Shown here: one piece after another, positions 1-9,801 of the stretch
How the letters are laid out: each line of letters begins with the position of its first letter
Numbering within the stretch: the stretch's first letter is position 1
Origin: an uncultured bacterium
GTDB taxonomy: Bacteria; Fidelibacterota; Marinisomatia; Marinisomatales; TCS56
DNA: 64,000 nt
Reading direction: 5' to 3'
Assembly (NCBI GenBank): GCA_964439935.1
Contig: CAYTPW010000012.1
Span: 33,302 to 97,301 of the forward strand
Program-made: the position numbers and the translations under genes
The notes under the pieces: model-generated
The model's input: only the letters and a program-made list of their open reading frames with translations
Told to the model about the DNA's origin: nothing
Database searches by the model: none

Positions 1-416
1 ACATCTTCCCAGCTTAAAGAGACATCGATGAATTGTTTAATCGCCATTAGTTCCAGACTCCTATCCAATGTAAGTCGGATACTGTTGGTACATACGCCTA
101 GCAGGTATCCATCATCTTTTAACCTGGAAAGAGCATATTCATGTTGAAAAACAGGGCGACAGAGGTTCACTATCATTTTATGAGTGTATATTTGCTTCAT
201 TTCATGAATGAAGTCGTGCAGCTCAGTTGATAAGCCCTTCTCGCGGGTGAGTATTTCCAGCTTACGGCGGGTGGGCAGACCATCGTAAGTCTCCTTGTGT
301 TCAAACTGATCTATGCGATACCCGAATAATCCGAGTGCTTCATTTAAAGCATCGTAATGCCATTCCTTGGCATTCATTAAAACACCATCCAAGTCAAATA
401 AAATTGCCTTAATCAT
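1..416 (-). CDS. HAD-superfamily hydrolase (phosphatase / beta-phosphoglucomutase-like); C-terminus runs off the window
   Basis: Not in the ORF track because there is no stop in the window. My reverse-strand translation from ATG 416..414 reads MIKAILFDLDGVLMNAKEWHYDALNEALGLFGYRIDQFEHKETYDGLP...LLGVCTNSIRLTLDRSLELMAIKQFIDVSLSWEDV. It has HAD motif I (DLDG) and motif II (CTNS). The start overlaps the GDPD gene stop by 8 nt. Confidence 0.7.
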   Translation of the reverse strand, partial: MIKAILFDLDGVLMNAKEWHYDALNEALGLFGYRIDQFEHKETYDGLPTRRKLEILTREKGLSTELHDFIHEMKQIYTHKMIVNLCRPVFQHEYALSRLKDDGYLLGVCTNSIRLTLDRSLELMAIKQFIDVSLSWED

Positions 417-1035
417 TTAAATGTGCTTTCAATTGATCAGGATAATCGGTGCACACCAGCACTTTATCATTTGTCTTATATTCTTTTATTAAATCCCAGA
501 GTCGTCGCTGGGGATGGTTATGCAATTCAGGTGAGACAAAGCAAATTGATTTTTCTGTTTCTAATAATGTGTTGATCAGGACTTGATCAAACCATTGACT
601 ATGAAATTGATCGATCCAGATACCCTGATAGCCATCCAAATCAGGTAATGGTTCATATTCGCTTAACCGCAGAAACACATTCAAACCTAGTTGGAGATAT
701 TCGATTGTATCCGGAATTGCCATATCAAACACAAAATAGTCGTTTATCTTGTGCCTGTTCAGCAATTTATTTAGAGATGCCGCCAAACCACAGGATTTAA
801 TATTGATTGCCAGAGGTGATCTTAGTGTGATATTTCGATGGAGTCGCGTTAGCAAAAGATGCAGCTTCAGAGCATCTGAACCGGGAGGATTATGGGAAAC
901 AACCAGTTGATTATCAAGATCGCGAACATCGGTTTCGATCCCGTAACCATTAATTAGAGCATTTTCAAAAGAAGCCAGTTGGTTCTGTTGGTTATTTGTT
1001 TTCCAGAAACCGCGATGGGCAATTATTTTAAGCAA
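409..1035 (-). CDS. glycerophosphodiester phosphodiesterase (GDPD) family protein
   Basis: 208-aa ORF. N-terminus IIAHRGFW...GIETDVRDLDNQLVVSHNP resembles the GDPD HRG and E-x-D...H(D/N) motifs. Confidence 0.6.
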   Translation of the reverse strand: MLKIIAHRGFWKTNNQQNQLASFENALINGYGIETDVRDLDNQLVVSHNPPGSDALKLHLLLTRLHRNITLRSPLAINIKSCGLAASLNKLLNRHKINDYFVFDMAIPDTIEYLQLGLNVFLRLSEYEPLPDLDGYQGIWIDQFHSQWFDQVLINTLLETEKSICFVSPELHNHPQRRLWDLIKEYKTNDKVLVCTDYPDQLKAHLND

Positions 1036-1074
1036 GGTTTAATCCTGACCAGTTGAAGGAACAATACGCCTCCA

Positions 1075-2148
1075 TTATCTTTTTATCAGATTCAGGTAAT
1101 CTTTTTTATACCACTGAATAAATCTGTCGATTCCATCACTGATCCTAACACCGGGCTGGAATCCAAATTCGGTTACCATATCCGTTACTTCTGCGTGGGC
1201 CTCCGGTACATCACCTGGCTGTAGTGGCAGAAGTTTCAACTGTGCCTTTGTTCCAAGGGCTTCTTCAATAACCTTGATAAAATCCAGCAGTGCCACCGGA
1301 TTGTTGTTGCCGATATTCATTATTCGATAAGGTGCCGAGCTGGTAGCCGGGTTTGGATTTTCAGCGTTCCAGGCTGGATTAGCCTTAGGGGGTTTAGTAA
1401 AAACCAGCATTAATCCGTCCACCAGATCATCGATATAGGTAAAATCCCGTTTCATCTTTCCGTCGTTATATACCAGAATCGGCTCTCCCGCCAAAACCGC
1501 TTCAGTAAATTTGAACAGCGCCATATCCGGCCGCCCCCAGGGACCATAAGCTGTAAAAAATCTCAATCCGGTCGTCGCAATTCCAAATAAATGGCTATAG
1601 GTATGTGCCATCAGTTCATTGGATCGCTTGGACGCAGCATAGAGACTCAGCGGGTGGTCAGCCCCTTTGTTGACCGAAAAAGGTGTATTCCGATTCAAAC
1701 CGTAGACCGATGAACTACTGGCGAACACCAAGTGGGCAACAGCATTGGCCCGGCAACCTTCCAATACATTGAGAAAGCCGGTAATATTCGTATTTATATA
1801 AGTGTGCGGATCATCCAGAGAGTGTCTGACTCCTGCTTGAGCCCCGAGATGTATCACATAATCAAATATCTCCTGATTGAATAATTTCTCGATACTTTGA
1901 ACATCAGTCAGATCCAGCCGTGTAAATCTAAAATCCGGATTATCCAGACTGGTTATCGTTTGGAGAAAATCAATATTCTGCTGTTTTATCCCAAGCTGCT
2001 CCAGCCGTGCTTTTTTTAAGCGCACATCGTAATAATCATTAAGATTATCCAGCCCGACAACTGAATAGCCGCTTAGTAAAAGCCGCCGGGATACATGAAA
2101 TCCAATAAAACCGGCACAGCCGGTCACCAATATTTTTTTATTTTTCAT
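1075..2148 (-). CDS. NAD-dependent epimerase/dehydratase, UDP-glucuronate 4-epimerase-like (CapI/LpsL type)
   Basis: 357 aa. Rossmann motif VTGCAGFIGFH. Catalytic YAASKRSNELMAHTYSHLFG (YxxxK). Overall layout typical of extended SDR sugar epimerases. Confidence 0.8.
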   Translation of the reverse strand: MKNKKILVTGCAGFIGFHVSRRLLLSGYSVVGLDNLNDYYDVRLKKARLEQLGIKQQNIDFLQTITSLDNPDFRFTRLDLTDVQSIEKLFNQEIFDYVIHLGAQAGVRHSLDDPHTYINTNITGFLNVLEGCRANAVAHLVFASSSSVYGLNRNTPFSVNKGADHPLSLYAASKRSNELMAHTYSHLFGIATTGLRFFTAYGPWGRPDMALFKFTEAVLAGEPILVYNDGKMKRDFTYIDDLVDGLMLVFTKPPKANPAWNAENPNPATSSAPYRIMNIGNNNPVALLDFIKVIEEALGTKAQLKLLPLQPGDVPEAHAEVTDMVTEFGFQPGVRISDGIDRFIQWYKKDYLNLIKR

Positions 2149-2293
2149 TATTTATCGGTATCATAATTATTCAATAACTGCTTGTAGCTCCGCCACCTAA
2201 GTCACAAATAAACTCTTGAGAATTTAACTGTTACCAGTAAAAGGTATAAACCTTTCTATACTTATTGACCATTTTGATGCTGTATGTACATTA

Positions 2294-3037
2294 ATGGCTG
2301 TAGTTTTGGGTGTGGAAAAAAGTTTATTTGTCCTTAAAAAAATATCGCAAGTGGTCCAGGAAACCACGATCCTCTCTAACATTTCACTGGCTATCCAGCC
2401 GGGCGAGTTTCTGGCAATCCTTGGCTCTTCCGGATCCGGAAAAACGACATTGCTGCGACTGTTCAACGGATTGGACTCACCTAGCGGCGGAACGATTTCC
2501 CTCCACGGGAAATCAATCGATGCCTGGAATATGAATAATCTGCGGAAGCAGGTGGGGATGGTTTTTCAGGAGCCGGTAGTCTGCACCGGCAACGTCAAGG
2601 ATAATCTGGTTCTCACGAAGCGCTGGGAAAAACCGCCATCAGTCATTTCCGATTATGATCTATTAAGCACCCTTGAAAAAGTCGGTCTGCAGGCAATAGA
2701 ACTCTCTACTGATGCCCGTACCCTTTCCGTTGGTGAGAAGCAGCGCCTGGCACTGGCCCGGGTCCTGTTGAATCGGCCGCAAGTTCTATTATTGGACGAA
2801 CCGACCTCCAATCTTGATCCGGCCCTGACCCGGCGGATCATTCGCCGGATTGCTGATCTGCACCGCGAGATGAATCTGACAATAATCATGGTTTCCCATA
2901 ATCCCGATTTGGCGCAGGTTTTTGCTTCGCGAATAATTTTCCTGCATGATGGAAGAATCAACTCAGCCGGCACAGTCGATATCCTTAACCACCCTGACAG
3001 TCCTGAGCTACAAGCTTATCTGGCAGAGGATCACTGA
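2294..3037 (+). CDS. fetA: ABC transporter ATP-binding protein, FetA/YbbL-like
   Basis: Walker A GSSGSGKTT, signature LSVGEKQR, Walker B LLLDEPT. The stop overlaps the start of a FetB-type permease (TGATG at 3035..3039). Confidence 0.75.
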   Translation: MAVVLGVEKSLFVLKKISQVVQETTILSNISLAIQPGEFLAILGSSGSGKTTLLRLFNGLDSPSGGTISLHGKSIDAWNMNNLRKQVGMVFQEPVVCTGNVKDNLVLTKRWEKPPSVISDYDLLSTLEKVGLQAIELSTDARTLSVGEKQRLALARVLLNRPQVLLLDEPTSNLDPALTRRIIRRIADLHREMNLTIIMVSHNPDLAQVFASRIIFLHDGRINSAGTVDILNHPDSPELQAYLAEDH

Positions 3038-3837
3038 TGGAAAATGCATTCTATGCCATCACCTGGACCGACGTCATGGCATCGCTGGTGCTGATGATCC
3101 TGGCATTGGCAATGATCCGCTGGTGGAAGATCGGACTGGAAAAAACTTTACTGATCGGCACAGTACGTACTTTTGTTCAGCTCTCGTTAATGGGCTATGT
3201 GCTGACCTTTTTCTTCCGGCAGGAGCGCTGGGAATTCATGGTCGGATTGGTAACAATAATGATCCTGATTGCCGCCTGGGAAGGCTATCGTCGGCAGGAA
3301 TCAATCAAGATACCGAACTATTTTCTGATTCTCTCCGGATCTATGGTGGTGACTGTTTGCCTGATTCTGGGCACGATTCTACAATTTATTTTAAGGGTCG
3401 AACCCTGGTTCTATCCCTATGCAATGATTCCGATTGCTGGAATGATCATCGGCAATACCCTCAATTCATCGACCCTGACCGTAAATCGATTCATCGGCGA
3501 ACTCAATCACCGGGAAAAGGAAATTGAAATGTTACTGAGTCTGGGAGCTCCGCCGCGGGCTGCAGTCCATGATGCTTTGCGGGATTCGATCCGGGCGGCT
3601 CTTATCCCCAATATCAATGCCTTGATGACCGTTGGCCTGATTCAGCTTCCGGGAGTCATGACCGGACAGATTTTGTCAGGCATTGATCCACTGGTTGCAG
3701 TTCGCTACCAGATCATGATCATGTATATGTGGGTCACTGCCAGTACATTGATGAATATTCTGGTCCTGGGTCTGGTCTACCGGCGCTTTTTCACACCTCA
3801 ATGGCAATTGAGGCGAGATTTATTGCGGTTGAAGTGA
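3037..3837 (+). CDS. fetB: iron-export ABC permease FetB/YbbM (UPF0014 family)
   Basis: 266 aa polytopic. Blocks IPIAGMIIGN, LSLGAPPRAA, RDSIRAALIPNIN, IQLPGVMTGQILSGIDPLVAVRYQIMIMY match E. coli FetB as I recall it. Confidence 0.85.
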   Translation: MENAFYAITWTDVMASLVLMILALAMIRWWKIGLEKTLLIGTVRTFVQLSLMGYVLTFFFRQERWEFMVGLVTIMILIAAWEGYRRQESIKIPNYFLILSGSMVVTVCLILGTILQFILRVEPWFYPYAMIPIAGMIIGNTLNSSTLTVNRFIGELNHREKEIEMLLSLGAPPRAAVHDALRDSIRAALIPNINALMTVGLIQLPGVMTGQILSGIDPLVAVRYQIMIMYMWVTASTLMNILVLGLVYRRFFTPQWQLRRDLLRLK

Positions 3838-3904
3838 GACGAATTTAAAAGATCAGGGGAATTATTGTTGAGGGCGTACTTTACTAAATATCCTCCCTCT
3901 TCTT

Positions 3905-5536
3905 TTATTTTAATAATAACACCTTTTTTGTGCTTAAAAAGTCTGTACTGCGCATTTGAATTATATACACTCCGCTTGGTTGATAATCTCCGTCCCAGGT
4001 AAGTACTTGGATACCGGCAGTGTATTTAGCCTGTCTGTTAAATATTTCACGCCCAGCAACGTCGATTATCGTTATTGTCACCATAGATTCCTTTGGGATA
4101 AAAAACCGAACAGTCAAATTGGTATTAAATGGGTTGGGATATGGTTGGAATAACATATATTCACTGATAATTGTATTATCATCATCCGTACTATTCAGAT
4201 AACAATCCTGGCTATATAGCCCCCAAGCTATGCCCTGATCATACATATCCATCAAATATTGTGGTATCAGTGTTGTATCTTGACTACCATTTACACAATA
4301 GAGCCTGTTATGATTAAAACGGGCATTTTCAAGATTGCTTAAATCTTCAAAACTGGCAGGAATCTCTGATATAAGATTATCATGCATACGGAAATTCCGT
4401 AAACTGATTATATCACCAAAATTTTCAGGCAGAGATAATATCTGGTTATTATAGATCATTAAATTGTCAATATGCCTTAATTGTCCGAAACAATCTGGGA
4501 GAGAATCCAAATAATTGTTAGATACGACCAACGATTCCAGATTATGCAACCAACAAATGGTTTCAGGTAAAACGGTAAGGTTGTTACCCTCCAAATTAAT
4601 ATCTGTTAATCCAGATATATATCCGATTGTATTTGGAATATATTCTAATTCACATCTATTAGCATATAATTCTTGCAAAAAATTAATGTCGCCAATACCA
4701 TCAGGGAGATAGGTTAAATTGGTAAAACTTACATCCAGTTTACGCAAATTGGTCAGGTTTCCAATGCTATCGGGCAAGAAAGCTAATGGGTTGTCTGAAA
4801 GATCAAAGGTTAATAAACTTTGCATATCGCATACTTCGTTGGGAAAATAACTAATTTGATTTTCATCTACTTTTAAAAGAACCAAGTTTGATAGATTACC
4901 TAATTCAGGTGGCAGGGTAGTTAGCAAATTTTCGGACAATGAAACTTCCGAAAGATTCGAAAGATTTCCGAAACTAGCGGGTATTGATGAAATTTGATTA
5001 CCGGCTAAGCCAAGCCAAAAAAGGGTTGACATATTTCCGAAACTATCCGGGAGTGTTTCCAGCTGATTCCTGGAGAGACCAATGCTAAAGATTCTTGGAA
5101 GATTTCCAATATTGTCTGGTAGTTGAGTAATTTGGTTATATCCTAAACTTAACCACCTCAGGTTTGATAGATTTCCAATACTCTCTGGCAAGGAATTCAG
5201 TTGATTAGACCCGACTTCTAATAAATATAGTGTATCTAAATCATCAATACTTTCAGGTAAGATAGAAATGTTATAATTATAATCGTTCCAATCATAACCA
5301 GTCAGATTAAGTATATATAGCCTTCCATCTTCCCATTCTTGACCTCCTAGTTCCAACGGTTCAAATAAGCCATCTCCATTGTCAAAATCAACAGAAGATG
5401 AGTTTTCTGTTAAACCATTCAAGTCGATTATATCCTGTAATACTTGTAAGTCTGTGGTATCATATCCTTGACAATAAATCGGTGAAAATGGATTAACTAT
5501 TATACAAATCATGCAAAGTGATATTAGTAGAGGCAT
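3905..5536 (-). CDS. secreted leucine-rich-repeat protein with T9SS C-terminal sorting domain
   Basis: 543 aa. Signal peptide MPLLISLCMICIIV. 13 consecutive 23-residue repeats (LxxLxxLxLxxNQLxxLPxSIGN) plus a capping partial repeat. C-terminus YPNPFNTNLTVRF...GVYIIQM...KKVLLLK is typical of a type-A T9SS CTD. Confidence 0.85.
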   Translation of the reverse strand: MPLLISLCMICIIVNPFSPIYCQGYDTTDLQVLQDIIDLNGLTENSSSVDFDNGDGLFEPLELGGQEWEDGRLYILNLTGYDWNDYNYNISILPESIDDLDTLYLLEVGSNQLNSLPESIGNLSNLRWLSLGYNQITQLPDNIGNLPRIFSIGLSRNQLETLPDSFGNMSTLFWLGLAGNQISSIPASFGNLSNLSEVSLSENLLTTLPPELGNLSNLVLLKVDENQISYFPNEVCDMQSLLTFDLSDNPLAFLPDSIGNLTNLRKLDVSFTNLTYLPDGIGDINFLQELYANRCELEYIPNTIGYISGLTDINLEGNNLTVLPETICWLHNLESLVVSNNYLDSLPDCFGQLRHIDNLMIYNNQILSLPENFGDIISLRNFRMHDNLISEIPASFEDLSNLENARFNHNRLYCVNGSQDTTLIPQYLMDMYDQGIAWGLYSQDCYLNSTDDDNTIISEYMLFQPYPNPFNTNLTVRFFIPKESMVTITIIDVAGREIFNRQAKYTAGIQVLTWDGDYQPSGVYIIQMRSTDFLSTKKVLLLK

Positions 5537-5815
5537 GTATACGCAATCCTATTTAAATCATACCAAGATCTTACTGTCTCGACCATAATAAAAATTTTTC
5601 CACCTGCAATATTTTACATATTTTTAATCGCTAAATCAATAAGGTGAACAATATATTTTTAAATGAACAATACCTGTTTTCAACAAATTCAAATCATATT
5701 AAAACTCACCTAAACTTTAATCTATACCTATTATAAGGTTGGAAAATGAATTAATTGATCCAAAATACCACAGATTATTCCTCTGTTCCCGCGTTCATTC
5801 CTTAAGGCTTTCTGC

Positions 5816-7372
5816 TTATGCAAGCAAATCCGGCGCGGTCATTTCAACCGGCACGTTCAGTCCCAGCAGCTTTATCAGCATCGGACCAATGCTGGGTAAA
5901 ATTCCATTCTTTGCCATCGAGTATTGAGCCGCATCAGCAGCAATATAAAAGCATTCCACCGGATTCAGGGAGTGACTGGTACGCGGCTGGCTGCTGTCGT
6001 AATCCAGCATCTGGTCGCAATTACCGTGATCGGCGGTCAATAAAATCTGGCCGCCCAATTCCAAAACCCGTTCAACGATTTTACCCACATTTTCATCAAC
6101 AATTTCAACCGCTTTCCGGGCGGCTTCAAATTCACCGGTATGGCCCACCATATCGCCATTCGCGTAATTAACCAGGATAAATGAATAGGGATTAGTTTCC
6201 AGCCGCTGCAGCAATTCGGCTGCGACATTATAGGCTTCCATTTCCGGGTGCAGGGCAAAACTGGCGGGATCGAAACGACTAGGGACGTCAATCTGGTCTT
6301 CACCGGGGAAGGGAGTAGTTGATTTGCCGTTGAAAAAACTGGTTACATGACGGAATTTCTGAGTCTCTGCAATTCTCAATTGTCGCATTCCGGCTCTGGA
6401 AATGATTTCACCAACCAGGTTTTCCAGTTTTTCGTCATCGCTATCAGAACCACCCAGCAGAAAATCTGTAAATTCATCATAATAACGGGTCAAACCAACA
6501 TAGGTCACCTGTGGTTTACGCTCCAGTTTCCCGGGATAATCCGGATCGACAAACGCCTGTGTCAACTGAATCGCCCGATCCTGGCGGTAATTGGTATGCA
6601 ACAAAACATCGCCAGCTTTAATCCCGGAATATTTTCCAATTATGTAAGGCTCTATATATTCATCAAACATGGCTACACCGGATGGTGTTTTGTCGCTGGC
6701 ATAAGAGGCCTGAATCGCCTCCTTCGGATTGTCCATTTCACGACCTTCACCACTGACAATGCACCGATAAGCCTGATCGGTAAGCTTCCAATTCTTAGCC
6801 CGATCCATACCGTAGTAGCGTCCCATGATCGTGCCAATAATACAATTTCCCACTTTATCCATTACCTGTCGCAGGCTGTAAAAATATTCCAGGGTACTGC
6901 GGGGAGGTGTATCCCGGCCATCCAGAAACGGATGGATTACGATCTGTCCGGTCGGATTTTCCTTCCGGGCCTGGTGCATAAATTTAAACAGATGATCCTG
7001 GTGGGCATGGACGCCCTCGTCCTGCAGTAATCCAAGAAAATGGAATCGGGACCGGTTCTGCTTCCAGTCAGCGATCAATCTTTTCCAACACTTCGTACCA
7101 AATAATGTCCCATCGATCAATTGATCATTGATCCGTTTCAACTCCTGGACAACCACCCGGCCAGCCCCCATGCTCAGGTGCCCTACTTCGCTGGATCCTT
7201 GATAACCTTCCGGTAAACCTACCGCTGCTCCGGAGGTTTCCAGTAGCGTCCGCGGATATTTGGATCGATAATTGTCCAGATTAGGAGTATTTGCAGCGGC
7301 AACGGCATTGCCCTTTATGTTTTCATTATGACCAACCCCGTCCATCACAATCAGGACTACAGGTTTCATCAC
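5816..7372 (-). CDS. gpmI: 2,3-bisphosphoglycerate-independent phosphoglycerate mutase
   Basis: 518 aa. N-terminus VVLIVMDGVGH. C-terminal LTADHGNCDQM. Length and motif order typical of iPGM. Confidence 0.93.
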   Translation of the reverse strand: MMKPVVLIVMDGVGHNENIKGNAVAAANTPNLDNYRSKYPRTLLETSGAAVGLPEGYQGSSEVGHLSMGAGRVVVQELKRINDQLIDGTLFGTKCWKRLIADWKQNRSRFHFLGLLQDEGVHAHQDHLFKFMHQARKENPTGQIVIHPFLDGRDTPPRSTLEYFYSLRQVMDKVGNCIIGTIMGRYYGMDRAKNWKLTDQAYRCIVSGEGREMDNPKEAIQASYASDKTPSGVAMFDEYIEPYIIGKYSGIKAGDVLLHTNYRQDRAIQLTQAFVDPDYPGKLERKPQVTYVGLTRYYDEFTDFLLGGSDSDDEKLENLVGEIISRAGMRQLRIAETQKFRHVTSFFNGKSTTPFPGEDQIDVPSRFDPASFALHPEMEAYNVAAELLQRLETNPYSFILVNYANGDMVGHTGEFEAARKAVEIVDENVGKIVERVLELGGQILLTADHGNCDQMLDYDSSQPRTSHSLNPVECFYIAADAAQYSMAKNGILPSIGPMLIKLLGLNVPVEMTAPDLLA

Positions 7373-7722
7373 TTTTTACTCACTATCAATTCAATAAAAT
7401 TACTCATACTGAAATTTTAAAATGATTCAATCCGATAATAGTTCTAATTCACCTACGATCAATTTACTTCATTCATACTATTCGAATCAGTTGTGCAATT
7501 CGAGCTACTGGTACTGCGAAAACACGTAAATGATTCTCGCCAGGATAATGATCATTGACAACTTTATCATATTTACTCAGTCATATTAACCATTGAAGAT
7601 TAAAAAACCAAAAGGGACGTCATAAATCAAATCCAATTTCTATATTGATTTAAAGACTTTAAGAGCCAAAATTTACCTACCACACATAATTATAAATATA
7701 AGCATATCATTCAGGGGACGGA

Positions 7723-8976
7723 ATGGATCGCAAAATTGAGAAAAAGCGCTGGCCACCAAAGAAATTGGCAGGGATTGCCGGCGGTATTTTACTCGGTATT
7801 TTCATCATTTACCAATTGGGCTTCAGCGACAAAAGATCGCGACTTAATGTAGACCGTCAGCGTTTGGTAATCTCCACTGTTAAGCGAGGTGATTTCCAGG
7901 AATTTATTCCAGTGATTGGTACGGTGATACCGATCAAGACGATCTACCTGGACGCAATCGAAGGTGGCAGCGTCGAACACCGCTACCTGGAAGCCGGCAC
8001 CATTGTCAACGCCGGTGATCCGATCCTGCGGCTGGCTAACACTAACCTTTTGCTGGATATCATGTACCGGGAAGCGGAACTCTTTCAACAGAGCAACAAC
8101 CTGCGCAATACCCGCCTGGCAATGGAGCAGAATCGCCTGGCCCTCCGGGCCCAAATACTGGATCTGGACTACCAGATCAAACAGGCTAAGCGGGATTACG
8201 ACAGCCAGGCTGATTTAGCCGGCAAAAACCTGATCGCACAGCAGCAATTCGAGGCCTCCAAGGATCAGTATGAATACCTGCTTGGTAAGCGGGACCTGAC
8301 ACTGGAATCCCACAAACAGGATTCTATCTTCCGAGAAGTGCAATCGGATCAGCTGGAGGCTTCGCTGAGACGGATGGAAGCCAATCTGGATGTGGTCAAA
8401 CAGAATCTGGACAATCTGGTGGTGAAAGCGCCAGTATCAGGGCAGCTCACCTCCCTCAATGCCGAAATCGGCGAATCAAAAGTCCGCGGAGAACGGTTAG
8501 GGCAGATTGATGTTCTGGATGGTTTCAAACTCAGGGTCAGTATCGACGAATACTACATATCGCGGGTCGCAATTGGACAGATCGGCACATTCACCTTTGC
8601 TGGTGATCAGTATCAGCTGTCTGTCAGCAAGGTCTACCCGGAGGTGATCAACGGTCGATTTGAAGTGGATATGGAATTCGTAGGCGAAGAACCGGCCGGT
8701 ATCCGTCGCGGCCAGTCCCAGCATATCCGGCTGGAGTTGGGTGATCCCTCGGAAGCACTGCTCCTGGCACGGGGTGGTTTCTTTCAGAAAACCGGTGGAC
8801 AATGGGTTTATCTACTTGACCAGTCAGAAAATTTTGCCGTCAAACAACCAATCCGACTTGGACGCCAGAACACCGACGTTTTCGAGGTCATTGAAGGACT
8901 CAATCCTGGTGATCGTGTTATTACCTCATCCTACGATACCTTCGGGGATATCGATAAACTGGTGATCGGAGAATAA
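7723..8976 (+). CDS. HlyD/MacA-type periplasmic adaptor (membrane fusion protein)
   Basis: 417 aa. N-terminal TM anchor, long coiled-coil segment (residues ~110-230), then barrel-type C-terminal half. First gene of an operon with an ABC ATPase and FtsX permeases. Confidence 0.8.
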   Translation: MDRKIEKKRWPPKKLAGIAGGILLGIFIIYQLGFSDKRSRLNVDRQRLVISTVKRGDFQEFIPVIGTVIPIKTIYLDAIEGGSVEHRYLEAGTIVNAGDPILRLANTNLLLDIMYREAELFQQSNNLRNTRLAMEQNRLALRAQILDLDYQIKQAKRDYDSQADLAGKNLIAQQQFEASKDQYEYLLGKRDLTLESHKQDSIFREVQSDQLEASLRRMEANLDVVKQNLDNLVVKAPVSGQLTSLNAEIGESKVRGERLGQIDVLDGFKLRVSIDEYYISRVAIGQIGTFTFAGDQYQLSVSKVYPEVINGRFEVDMEFVGEEPAGIRRGQSQHIRLELGDPSEALLLARGGFFQKTGGQWVYLLDQSENFAVKQPIRLGRQNTDVFEVIEGLNPGDRVITSSYDTFGDIDKLVIGE

Positions 8977-9074
8977 AATTATTCCACCTGGACAACGTAT
9001 GTGTTGTCCCTGCAAAACAGATCAAACTATAATGCAATTTCTATTAATTGATACAAGTGAAACAGGAGCTAATC

Positions 9075-9764
9075 ATGATTAAAACTAATAATCTGGTAAA
9101 GGTGTTTACAACCGAAGAAGTTGAAACCACTGCTTTGAACAATGTAAACCTGGAAGTAAAAGAAGGTGAATTCGTCGCCGTGATGGGACCGTCGGGATGT
9201 GGTAAATCCACCTTATTGAATCTTCTTGGTCTGCTTGATAATCCCACCGATGGTGAGTACCATTTTCTGGATTATGAAGTGTCCGGTTATTCCGTTCGGC
9301 AGCGGGATAATCTGCGCAAGTAAAATATCGGTTTCGTTTTTCAAAGCTTTAATCTGATTGATGAACTGACTGTTTTTGAAAATGTCGAATTACCATTGCT
9401 CTATCTGGGAGTGTCAACAGCGGAACGTAAATCTAAAGTTAATGCTGTTATCGACCAGATGGGAATTGCTCATCGTGGCGGACATTTTCCCCAACAATTA
9501 TCAGGTGGTCAACAGCAGCGGGTGGCCGTTTCACGGGCACTTGTTTCCGATCCCAAAATCATCCTGGCAGATGAACCTACCGGAAACCTGGACTCAGCCC
9601 ACGGTGACGAAGTTATGAAGCTGATGACTGATCTAAATACCAATGGCACCACTATCGTTATGGTAACTCACTCTCCCGCCTATGCCGAATACGCCAACCG
9701 CTCGGTCCATTTATTTGATGGGCAGATTGTGACTGAGAACGTTAACGGCAAATTCCATGTCTGA
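9075..9764 (+). pseudogene. MacB/LolD-type ABC ATPase interrupted by one in-frame TAA (9321..9323)
   Basis: Track ORFs 9048..9323 and 9396..9764 are in the same frame. Reading through the TAA gives ...[30 protein letters not shown]..., a continuous ATPase. It keeps Walker [11 protein letters not shown]-loop, LSGGQQQR, Walker B ILADEPT and H-loop VTHS. RBS AGGAG precedes ATG 9075. Confidence 0.8.
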
Positions 9765-9801
9765 TTAAATCCCATTCTGACATTCTCAAAGAGGTGTTTC
9801 C

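Noticed and set aside
2653-3527. ORFs 2653..2973 (-) and 2946..3527 (+) overlapping fetA and fetB
   Set aside because: Out-of-frame or antisense overlaps of two genes with clear homology. The sequences look like frame-shadow products.
6347-7030. 227-aa ORF antisense to gpmI
   Set aside because: Fully embedded opposite a highly conserved enzyme gene. Low-complexity, no motif or RBS context.
8990-9009. Hairpin ggacaac-gtatgt-gttgtcc between the adaptor and ATPase genes as a terminator
   Set aside because: No U-tract follows it, and the genes form an obvious operon. At most it is an mRNA-stability element.
9321-9323. Stop-codon reassignment (TAA read as sense) as the explanation for the interrupted ATPase
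   Set aside because: This is the only in-frame stop seen in about 50 genes. TAA clearly terminates neighbouring genes (8974..8976, 12214..12216, 14655..14657), and TGA and TAG also serve as terminators in this window.
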